A DNA stretch of 64,000 nt from Marsupella aquatica. Lineage: Eukaryota > Plantae > Marchantiophyta. The translations under genes were made by a program, and so were the position numbers. The notes beneath the pieces are model-generated. The model saw nothing but the letters and a program-made list of their open reading frames with translations, did not search any database and had not been told where the DNA came from. Below are positions 25,101 through 36,435 of this stretch, in pieces; positions within the stretch are counted from its first letter, which is position 1; each line of letters starts with the position of its first letter. The DNA lies in assembly GCA_973895155.1 (NCBI GenBank), contig OZ316895.1, positions 24,016,281 through 24,080,280 of the forward strand. Direction: 5' to 3'.

Positions 25101-28100
25101 CCCCAGCTCCGTTGGAATAGGACCCGTGAAGTTATTAAGATACAAATCAAGACTGACCAACTGAGTCAAATTACCCAACTCCTTTGGAATAATACCGGAA
25201 ATGTTGTTGTTGTACATTTCCCTGCAATTTCAGTCCATGAAAGATTCCCAAATGAGTCCATCACCCTGAAATGAGATAAAGGAACCTCACTAGTACCATC
25301 TTCCTCTAACGTCTAAGGGTTTCGCGGACGATTCCCTTGCTCATTGCAACTATAAAACAAGCGATTGTCACAAATAGATGTATGGCTGAGACAAGAAGTT
25401 CCGTGTTCATCCGACAGTAAAAAAGGGAAAACTTACAAGTATTGCAATTGAGTGAGTTCGCCAAGTTGTGGTACCAGCATTCCTGAGAGGTAAGCATTTC
25501 CCAAGTCCCTGCAAGGTGACACAACAGCTGCTGGTTAAAAATTGTCATGGGAAGATCAGTGTCAATAGGGGAGAAATTACTTTCGCTACACATAGGGACA
25601 GATAAATGATGACCTCTCCTTCCATATGGTCTCCTGGCATAAATACAACTTGACCACTCCGGAATGAACTACGTAAATTTGTCGAAGTGCCACAAACCCT
25701 CAATTCGATCACAATCAACGCAGCGAATTCAAGATCTACTGAAGCATTAGCATTACTTACACTCGAATGACATTGTTTTGAGGGTTGCAAGTGACATGGA
25801 ACCATGTGCACGGGTTCACCAGTGATGGATCCCAACTCTGCAGTACCTGACTAGGATCGGTGAGAGACTGTCTCAAAGCATGAAGGGCGTCACCTGCATT
25901 TGAAAGTTACGGAGTTACATCAGTTCTGAAATCCGTCCCTTTAGCAGTCTAAAAACTTCCCAAAAACAAATTGGTCTATAGAATAACCACGAGCACACCA
26001 GTAAACACTCGCGGACTGATGTGCAAGGCGTCTGACTTAACGTTTGCCAATGCACCGTCAAAGGTCACGTATAAGCAAACTAGTCAATAACTGGTAACAA
26101 TATTATATGACACACTCCACGATTAGTGTGAACTCTGTGAACTGAATTGAACTTTAATAGTAACTGTCACATAATCTAACATCCCTTGGAGGCTAAAAAT
26201 GATCCACGCCAAGGCTGAGACCACTGTGGCAATACGATCTCTGAAGATTGTATTGCTCTCTCGTGAAAATTCTGAAAAGCGTGACGCATTTCCGTCCGAC
26301 GCGTCTAATATCCGGACCCTCAGGGATGGTCCAAACAGCACATGGCAACTCGATTCAGCTTGGACAACTTGTGAACTGAGAAGTTTCCCAGAAAGAATTT
26401 GTTCACTGGGAAATGATATCTCCACGCGGAGAAAGCGTCCACCACTGCCCACCACATACCGAGTCTCCATACTCAAACAGGGACTATACGACGGAGAAGA
26501 ACAGGGTAGAAGTAGCAGCTTTAGTAACCAGTCGACCAATAAAGAAATATCACTGTTGATCATATTCGGCCTCGTTGCCTTCACTTGGAAAACAGTATTC
26601 CATTCATCAGGACCCGAAAAAGGCACTGTACACGGTTTGGTCGACTAAGATTCTGTTGGATTTGAGTTGTTGCGTTTAAAGCTATCCAACCAATGCTTCC
26701 ACTTATTTACTCGGAGGAAATTTAATGTCTAGACGGGTGGACCACTCTTTCTTAACCGAAAGCCTTTCATGCTGTGTTTTTCTGTTTACCACAACCAGGG
26801 GCAGGTTAACGCCTAATATTCAGTGGCATCACTCGAGATTCGGAGGACCGACTCCTAGAGCAGGGTATGACGGGCGACGGAGAAAGGGAATCGCTCGGTA
26901 AGGAACTCTGCAATGAGAGCATCCGTTCGATCCAACCCTCTTGGTTTCTGCGAAGCGTATACATATCGAGGAAATCGTCTAATCGAGATTGCAAACGCGG
27001 GAAACGGTAAATTGAATCCGAGGACAACATACGATCGCTAAATCGCTCGGTAGCTAGGAGTAACGCGAGACTTTACCCTGCCAGACAGTGAACAGCCATC
27101 TCTAGCAGACATAATCAACGCAGGAAGTATCTGGTTTGGTGATGCATCAAGTCCGCAACAACGAACCCGGACGCAGTTCCGAAGTCTTCCTACCCTTCCG
27201 AAGTCTTCCTACCCGTACGAAGGATACAAGATTCCTCCCGGCGAACAAGATGTGATCGGTCAATGGGGAATGTATGCTGTGTAATGAGATAACAAATGTC
27301 TGCTTGAGAGTAGAAGAGCGAAGCTTAGCTTCAGCATTCCCACACGTAGGAAGTCGCGCAAACGGAAGGATGTATGGATGCTCTTTCCCGTGAAGAACTG
27401 CTGTACTCTGTCTTCGGGGGGAGAAATATACAGGACCCGACCAACAAGCCATGCCCTCTTGATAGTTCCTACAAATAATGGGAATGAAGAATCGTAAACC
27501 CGACACTCTGGATTCTTTACAGTTCAAGGTGCTGCAGACAACCAAACATCCCGAGCCAATTTCTCGGACGGGAACGAAGCCATGAATGGACGACTGAACT
27601 GCTTTCGAGGTCAAGACTGTTTTGGCGATACCGGCTCTAGGTATTTGACCTCCCATAGAGAAGGGCAGGGTTCAGGGCGCGCAAATATCAATCTCTCCAA
27701 TGGCGTGAAATGCACCGAGTTTAATGATCCGAACGGATCACTGGACCTCCAAATGTCCCACCAAGTACACTTCACATTCTAAACGGAGTCCTTAAAGATC
27801 TGGTTGGCTTGCAGTTGACAGGTGATGCGCTAAGTGTATAATCCACACCAACCAATGAAATCTCCAATATCTGCCGCAGCACTAATGATTCCGACTATAG
27901 TCCTAAAACCGGAAGTGCGGCTATCTCTTGTGGAGTCAAGAGAAGCAGAGTAGACTTAAAGGCGGGCACAATAACAAATCGTTGACGAAAAGAGTGAATA
28001 AGCAAACCTTCAGTATTGGCGTTAGTAGCGACGGGCCCTTGTAGGAGCAGTAGCGCCAAGAGCTGGGGCAGAAGCAGTAGAAACCAGACTCCATTTCGGA

Positions 28101-28116
28101 TCCTCTCATGCAGCAT
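22159..28116 (-). CDS. SERK: Somatic embryogenesis receptor kinase (SERK/BAK1 family, LRR-RLK II), 636 aa, 11 exons
   Basis: Exons 28116-28008, 25893-25761, 25508-25437, 25221-25078, 24803-24732, 24523-24452, 24153-24038, 23884-23747, 23604-23263, 23069-22675 and 22476-22159 are all GT..AG and total 1911 nt. Sizes 133/72/144/72/72/342/395 are the canonical SERK layout. Signal peptide, [20 protein letters not shown] cap, LRRs, SPP motif, [29 protein letters not shown] kinase ([18 protein letters not shown]) and the C-tail ELSGPR are all present. Confidence 0.98.
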
Positions 28117-28770
28117 GATTACTACTGAACCTTTCCAGAGTTTCGACCACTGCTACTCTAGCTGTAGATCATCAACTACAATCGCTGGCTAGCCCTTCGT
28201 CCCCACAATGCCCGCAGCCGGTTGTACCCCGGGCTCATCAGAAATCTCTGTTGGTGATCTCTACAACAACAAGTCCAGCTGCCGCTACGCATCCATTGGC
28301 GCGAGGTTCTCAGTACCTGCGCCTCGTTCCGATTCCTCATGTCATATCTAAATACCCTGTGCCATCAGTGTTGTGCCAGTCGGTCGTCTACCTGTCTCGC
28401 CTTTGGTTCCCTTTTTTCTGCTGATATTCCCACCCCTGCTGCATAAGAAGAGAACCTCGACTTTCTAAAGGACTTCACATTCAATCACAGCAACAAAACT
28501 CGTCCGTACGAGGAATGCCTTGCCGACCCTCGCCTTGCCCTGCTTTGCTTCCGTACCTAAACTTCCTGCATACCTTCCCCTCTCAAAGCTCCAAATCTAC
28601 TCCTCCTCCGGCGCCGCAAACTTAACTGCGTCTCTTGCCTTCCTGCCTTCCTACTCGGCAGCTCTAATGCCTTTTCTTCCTGTCCATTCCTTCCTCGTGC
28701 ATTAGAGTGTTAAACCTTCGATGCCGCACTTCTCTCTCGCTGTTGTATCTCTTTCTCTGAAGTCTTTCTG

Positions 28771-28772
28771 TC

Positions 28773-28811
<39 letters not shown>
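28771..28811. repeat. (CT/GA)n microsatellite in the SERK upstream/leader region
   Basis: tctctctctg(tc)n run. Confidence 0.9.
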
Positions 28812-28813
<2 letters not shown>

Positions 28814-29372
28814 AGTCCTCAATAACTCGAAGGTAACAAATTCTTCATTGCTCGATCGCTCGCTCGCTCTCTCGCTTGACCGACATCTCCCCGAAACACC
28901 GGTCGTTCCTCCCCTTTTCTGAAATCACTCCAAACCCACACCCGGTCCAACAACGTCTCCAAGCGTGAGAGAGCCCCGCGAACTCTGTCTCACTCTCGTG
29001 ATCTCACTTTCCCCGTCTCATTCGGACTTCTCGTGCAGCTTTGACCGAAATCTGTCACGACACGACTACTGGAATCAGCTCCACTTCACTCCGCACACCC
29101 GTCCAATCTCCCTCCCTACCTCCCTCCACATCCGTTCCTTCTCCTTCTCAATCTCTCCCAAGTTCCCAAACTCGTCGCTCTCCCTCGATCCGAGATTGAC
29201 TCTGACTTCCCGCGAGCGTCTTCACCTTTTTGGCCTCATTCTTTGACTCGACGACCCATCAACAGACACTTCATCCTCAGACACCCACCAGCCAGCAAAC
29301 ATTACTACATACAAAGTTCGCACCACAGTCTCATCCCTCCAGCTCCGCAGTCAGGCACGCCAAAAGCTGCTG

Positions 29373-29373
<1 letters not shown>

Positions 29374-29408
<35 letters not shown>
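29374..29408. repeat. (CT/GA)n microsatellite near the presumed SERK transcription start (GAGA element-like)
   Basis: About 17 uninterrupted TC units. Confidence 0.9.
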
Positions 29409-29410
<2 letters not shown>

Positions 29411-30892
29411 GCTTCTGCTGCGCTTCTCCTCATCACTGTCCCGAGCTCTCGCTTTCTGCTCTGCTCTGGTGCTCTAGCTCTCTCGCTCTCGCATTGGAGT
29501 CGCGATTCGTGAGGGCAAATGTGTGCTCATCGCACTCAGTCAGTCACACATCGAAAGGGGTCCGACGAGAAACTATGACTGTGCTACTGTTACTGTTACT
29601 CGCAGCTAGGAGTACTGTACAGTCGACAGCAGGACAGTGTCTACTCTTTCCGTGGGCAATGCATCCACTGTCTGTCTTCCTGCCCGCCTGCGTGCGACGC
29701 GCTGGGGGAGACTCGGACAGCAACGTTTGCTTTTTGCGTTGGCACCTGTCGCCTGCCCGCGGGCTAAGGCCTACGAACGACCCGGCAGCCATTAATTTTT
29801 TTGTTTTTTTCACTGGGTGCTCGTCTCCTGCCCGCGGGCCGTGGCTTATTACTTATAGGGTAATTGACTAATGCCGGTTTGGTCCGTGATTAGTACCGTG
29901 TTATAGACCATGTGACCAGAAAGTGAAAAATGTTGACCGGTTGCATTAGTTTTTCTTAGCTTTTTTGTGGAAACAGGTTTCAAAATAGAACCCAGCCCAA
30001 ACAATCATTATCATATTTAATATCTACCCAGAAAAAAATTACCAAGTAAGACTTTTCCTACACAAGGTTATGAAAATGGTAGGGCCTAGTAGGAAAAATT
30101 ATACACCTATAACCTTTTTTCCTTACAGGAATTACACTTTGAAGAAGACCCAATAGCAATAAATTTAGGGTGGCTTTATCAGATGCTTGGGGCAGTTTTC
30201 ACTTCTTTTTTTGGTCTCTAGGATCTGATCTGTTGGAAGAAACTGCTCCTGTTCTCTTTACAAAACTTTGGGGCACTTTCCACAGAACCTGTTACCAATC
30301 TTACATGGAATGCAATGGGGCCCAATTTTTGTGTTTATGTGAAGCACTTTTTTGTCCTAGATTAGACCACCTCTCTTGGAGTTAGTTTCTTCTGGCCCTT
30401 TGGTCCATTTCTATTTAAAGTCATTTGCATTAAAAAGGGTCCCACAAGTCCTTCATAAGATCTTCTCTTGTCACATCTAGAAAGACTAATACATCACATT
30501 CAAATGGAGTGAGTCCTCAAGTCTTTTAGCAAATAAATCTACCACCATGGGCTGCACTTCCCTTTACAAGATCTTGGGGACCATAAAAGGATTCCAAAAA
30601 TGCTTTTAGTCCTGGGACACTATATTTAGTGCCTGCAATTCTTTTGGTGGGAAAAAGTCACAAGTGCCCCACATGTTGTAAAGTCCTCCTTAATTAAGCC
30701 TTTTCCTTCGGTGCTCCTCTCCTGCCGGCTGGCTACCGTAGTGTCATCTGGGTTAGTGCAACAGGTCAACAATATTCACATTTTGGGGGACTCACAATAT
30801 AATTTGGGTCCTACTGAAAACGAAACAATTGCTCATGTACAGTCTTGTCACAATTAAGACTACAACTGCTAGGCTTGTTGGGACAACCAGCT

Positions 30893-31440
30893 TATTGTGA
30901 CTACCAATGTTGAGCAACCTCTACATTTATGTGTATTTATGCACCATAGATTTCAGCAACATTAGTTAGTAACTGCTATATGATGAATCCACTTTTCAGA
31001 TTTTGTCTTATTCAGAGTTTTGGTGTCATATTTTTTTTTCAATGTGCCTTATCAAGGGGCAGACTGTGGTATCGTATACATTTTTAATTAACTTATGGAC
31101 CCCTTTAATTTACATTTTTATTTAATTTATGGACCCCTTTAATTTTTAGGATTCTAAAGTATTTTGAACTTATTTTGGCAGCATAAGTTTATGGTTTTTA
31201 TTGAAATGGGTGTCATTCATGAGTACATTGAATTAAGTGCACACATCCTAGCATCCTTGATTGTACTTTTCATAGGTCAGTGCACCAATCCTTCTACTTC
31301 TGTTCTCATATTTTATTTATTTTCAAATCACTACAAGACAAAAACTCAAGCATGTTTGAGGATGAGCATGCTATATTGTGACTACCAATGTTGAGCAACC
31401 TCTACATTTATGTGCATTTATGCACCATAGATTTCAGCAA
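30893..31440 (+). repeat. 67-bp direct repeat pair (30893-30959 and 31374-31440)
   Basis: tattgtgactaccaatgttgagcaacctctacatttatgtg(t/c)atttatgcaccatagatttcagcaa, with 1 mismatch. Confidence 0.92.
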
Positions 31441-32820
31441 AAAATGTGACAACAGATACACTCATATCTTCACCTTTCATATATCAAAAAGCAGCATATG
31501 TCAAGTCTTTTGTGTCCAAAGTACTTTGACTAAACTCACTTTGGGATTTGTTCAAGCTGAACTCAAGAATTTCGCTTGGCGGTTGGCACAATGAAAACTT
31601 ACTATTATTGTTACTCTTGCAAGGACTATCAGTCTATCAAGGCAGAGCAAACTCTACACTTATGTGTATAAATACACCATATACAACATTCGTATGTGTA
31701 TCCGTGCCTCCTCTTATCTTCACAGTAGGCAATACACCAAATGGCAGCATGGAATGGTGGGACCTAAATGGACACTAATAAATGAGTCTCCAACCAGTCT
31801 AGTCCAGAATCTTTTAAGAGCTACGAAACATTCGACAACACTTGTGCTTTGGCACTCATCTCCTGCCCGCGAAATGAGTTTCTAATTACTGTAAGAGCTA
31901 CGAAAGATTCGAAAAACCACTTTTCCAAGGGCACCCCATCTTCTGCCCGCGGGCTACCCAATCCAAAAATAACAGCGTACCAGACAGCAGTCAGTGTTTT
32001 GCTCGTTCCCTCCCCGGGCACCCACCTGCCCGCGGGCAGAGAGAAATCTAGACGAGCCAACCCGGCACTCCGAGCCAGCCTGCCAGTCACCATGCGAGCA
32101 AAAGGCGGGGCTGGTGGGGCCGGCAGGCGGGGGGGGGGGGGGCGACTGAGTTGGGGGCGCACCTTGGCGAACGCATTCTGAGCCGTGGATGGGAATCCCT
32201 CCCACGTGATCCACGGCCAGGAGGCTCCTACAATAAGTAGTTTAAGTACTGCAGAAAGGTGGTGTGTCTCCGTCCAGGGCGCGGGTACGGCTGCTGCCCT
32301 GGGCGGCTTCCCGGAAAGTGCAGGCCACACGCCGTTCCCTCCACTCCACTCCGTTCCGTTCTCCGTTCTCCGCACCCAGAAACCGGTTTATGGCGCGCAC
32401 GTTCGGTGCCAATCACTGGGACCGAACTTGCTTTGCAGCCTGTTATCGTTTGTTGGATTACTCATATCTAACGGCTGCTGGGGTGCGTTGCCCTAGTGTG
32501 CCAGATTTCGGTACGGCACCGGTGTCTCTGTTCGCGATTCTCAATCGCGAAAATTTTATTTCTACGAGGTTTCAGTATGTTTGATGGACCAACGTTTAGT
32601 TCATGGGCCCCATGAGTGATCTACAGTAGACTCTTAATAGGGTCTGTCAAAAAGTTCGTTCATAAACGAAGTGTTATTATTTCTTTTTTTGGATACATCA
32701 CCCGTATGGGGTATATATGTTGATAGTTAATAGTGATTTTGTCCTGACGGTAATAATATTTTATGTTCTGAATCATCATTGTGTTTTGACACTCCTTAAT
32801 CGATCTTAACAGCTTTTTAC

Positions 32821-33000
32821 TATCCGAATTTGATAACCTACTATTCCCCGCCCCCCTCCCCCTTGACCCCCTTCAAAGCGCTAACCCAGTACATGGTCCC
32901 CAAAACTACCCGAATTTGATAGCCTGCCCCCCAAAATAATTAATTTGCCAAGTTGCCCCCATTTTGTATATGGGTTAAGGCTAACCCAGTACATGGTCAC
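32821..33000 (+). repeat. Imperfect tandem duplication (~90-100 bp period)
   Basis: ccgaatttgata occurs twice (~32824, ~32909) and ctaacccagtacatggtc twice (32881, 32981). Confidence 0.75.
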
Positions 33001-36000
33001 TGGTGTCACATCGCATGTTGCCACAGGTTTGGGTTAAACCATGGCTCTTCACCGCCCCTCTCATATCTTAATTTAAATATCAAATTTTTTCTACCATTGA
33101 AATTACAGTCTAGGCTTTACTTTGTGAATTTGGTCATGAATGGTAGACTTTGGTAGTAAATTATAGCATAGATTCCCCATAACTGCCCACCTTTTTTTTA
33201 GCCCACCATTTTTTTGGAACAACACATTTCTACTGATTTGCTCAATTTTAGTTTAATTGTTTTTTTGCGCAAACTTAGTTTTATTTACCACTTTCGAAGA
33301 TGGTACCTGACCACAAGGCCGAGGGGAACCATTCTTGAATCAGGCAGTTGTCATTTTTCTCTTCTGGAAACTGGGCAAATTGTAGGTTACCACCGTTGTA
33401 TATAATGTTCCGAGCCCACCACATGACCACATCCATAACTATACCCGGGTAACTATAGTACAGTTTAGAGTCCATTCTAGCACATAATTGCACAAGGTGG
33501 GGCTGTCCAATTTTCATTCAGAATTTATTTATACATTTGTGCATGGGCAGGCAGGTGGGTGCCCTAGAGGTAGCAAGGAGGCTCTAGCTAACGTCCAAGT
33601 TCAAATCATACTAAAGTGGCCTAGGTTTTGCACCTAGCCATCTCAAGGGGGAAAACAAATATTCAGAATGATCATTCTCGAGCCCATCCCACTTGCATGG
33701 TGGCTCTATTCCCTAGATTTTTCGATTTTTCAAACCCCTCAATCCCAACTTTAGAATGAGGCCCACCACATGGACTAATGTGGTTTTCACCCTCTCAATC
33801 AAATTTCTATTCATCGAGTGGGACCATGGGGGCGGGCAGCAGGAAGGAATGCATGCCAAGAGGCCAACAAATGTGAGGGCGACAAAGAAACTTTGGAGGG
33901 AAGAGATTGACTCATGCTTATTATGCATCCTGGAACATCCTTTGTTGTTTTGTCTAGTAGCACAATAAAAGGATATATATTCCATCTAAATGAGTTAATG
34001 AATTAAATTAGAAATGAATTATTCTTAAGAGCAAGAATGAAACCTTCTTAATAATTTTAATGTGTGACAAAACCTATGGTTGTTAGAGAATGAAACTAGG
34101 AATTTTATGTGTGTATCTACGTGAACTTTTTATAGATATCATGTACCACAATTGATACAAGGTCAAAAGTGTAGTTGTAATTAAAAGTTATGTTCCTGAT
34201 CAGTTCCTAAAGCTCAAGCCCTGCCAGAGACATACTGCTTCTAGTTTTAACAAATAGAACACTGTGAAAAACTCTCCCACTACATAAACAGGTAAATGAA
34301 AAAAATTAATTAATGAACTTGCTATCAGATTGTTGCGAGTGATCATATTAATTTTTCCCAGCCAACAAGTTTTAGAGTGTAGTTTTTTTAGTATTTGGTT
34401 GACACCTAGCCAAAGCATGTGTTCGCAAACTACTTCGGCAGAAAACACATTTTCAAGAACATTTCACCCCATGTAAAACACAGGCTTTTGTGTCTGGATT
34501 TTGATTTCCTCCAATTCCCCTAACCAGCCAGTATATTTTCCAGCTGTCTTTGGACAATCACTTTGTTGTGCTGGGCACCATATTTTAATTAAAATATTGT
34601 TTGCACGAGCCTCTTCTATTAAGGTACTAGGAAAGTATCACATCCTAGCTGTTATGGCAGTCTGTCTCTTATGAAAGTTATCATTAGATTGCAAGGGTGA
34701 TTTTATGCCACTGTTTTCATTGTAGTCTGAACAAATTATATAGTCAGGAGCCTATTTTATGGATTATCTAGTTCATTTCATAATGCATATGGAATTTATT
34801 TTCTTCAGAGGAATATTGTTGATTTTGGCTTTTTTTATGGAGCTTGAGAGTGTAAAAAAGCTCTGACATGTCTAATTCTAACTGTAGACTCTTGTGTAAG
34901 TATTGAATACAAGTGAAATCTTTGTTAAGCTCTGGACTCTTCCCACTTATGAAATCTGAAGTGGAACTGAGATGTTTTCTGGTATCTGATTGTATTTTCT
35001 GGAGCTTTTGTAACTGGTATCTGATTGTATTTTCACAAACATGCCTGGATTATTGTCCAACGTCCTGCTTTTAGCTGTAGGGCCAAAAGTTTTAGAAAAC
35101 AAATGTCAGACTCAATAGTAAACTATTGCCAAAGTCGTCCACTTAGAGTTAAAATCTCACTTACATTAGAAGTGTTTACAAGTGGCGAGAGTCTGAAGGA
35201 AAGAGAGGTGTTGAAGGTGAAATAACAAATATTAGGGATCTTATGGCCATCCTTAATCTAAGGAGATGTGATGGTCAGAAATCAATCTAGGAAACCTACA
35301 TAAGGAATATTCCTACTATCTTCTCACAAAAGGTGACTTTCCGCACACCAGCAAAAGTAAAAAGAACCTTTAAAATTACGTTGCGTCCCTGCCCCAAACA
35401 CAAGAAAGGAGTTTGATAAGTGGCAAAAGTCAACAATGAAGTCATTTTATCATCTTCCTACTATATAGCTATATCACACTTTAAAAGAACAAAATATATA
35501 GGACACTGCTGCCAAAGAACAGAAAGGACCCAACTGGGAGGCAAGATCACAAAGTCGAGGAGACACAATAAAGGGAAGAAAACAAAGATATTTTTTAGAG
35601 GAACGTTTCAAACAATAGTCTGCTTTAATGCCTTTAAAGAAAAGTATGCAACCAAAAACTTGGTTGGGCCAAGCAGAATAAAAGTATCACCCATAGACCC
35701 TGACGTTGTGCAAGGGCTTTGGTGAGATGCGAGGTTCTTTTCAGGTACTGAGTTGACCCTGGTTGTGTTTCCCGGTGGGCTGCTTTGGTAGGCAACCGGA
35801 CAAAAAAATCATGTTTCTAGGGAAAAAATTCCTCGCTTTGTCATATTTTTTCTCGTACTCGGAAAAATACTAAGCACACGCGAGAGCACACACCAATTTG
35901 CAAACCTAGTCCCTGGCTAGCCCAAAGTTGTGTCAATTTTTCAGAAAACTTAATTTTGGACTCTTTTTGGCTAGTCAACTTCCTGGCCAGGAGTCCTACA

Positions 36001-36353
36001 AATGCAGTACAGCTCCAAATTCAACCAAAATGAAAGGCATAAAGAACATAGGAGTGTGATCTCTAGCAATACCCTTCTTTGTTGGCAGAAACTATTGTTT
36101 GCCCACATAGTACAAACAAACCGTTAAGGTTGTCTTGTTTTCATTTCAGGTTCTGGTTCATCATACCCTGACACAACAGAACAATTCTCAAGGATTCTAT
36201 TTGATTAGAAATTAACCATATGAATATACGGTCTGCGAGGCTAATATGTTTGCCGGCGCAGTACCAGGATGTTTAGGATGTTCTCAGTACACATGGCAAA
36301 GTATATTTTGTCAATGTTTGACAACATTCATGTAATGTTGAGGTTGGTCACTC

Positions 36354-36435
36354 ATTCCTTTATGGGATATATAGTCTCCCATATGCGGTCTCCCCTCATA
36401 TGTGAATCGTTCGACTATATATCCCACAAAGGGAT
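36354..36435. ncRNA. Candidate pre-miRNA-like hairpin
   Basis: attcctttatgggatatatagtc (36354-36376) pairs with gactatatatcccacaaagggat (36413-36435), with an inner stem catatgcgg/cctcatatg. No expression evidence. Confidence 0.4.

Noticed and set aside
26123-27656. 150-170 aa ORFs inside SERK intron 1
   Set aside because: No domain signatures, and overlapping ORFs on both strands fit chance.
31821-32584. Several overlapping 100-184 aa ORFs
   Set aside because: A GC-rich, stop-poor island with low-complexity translations, more likely regulatory or TE-derived than coding.
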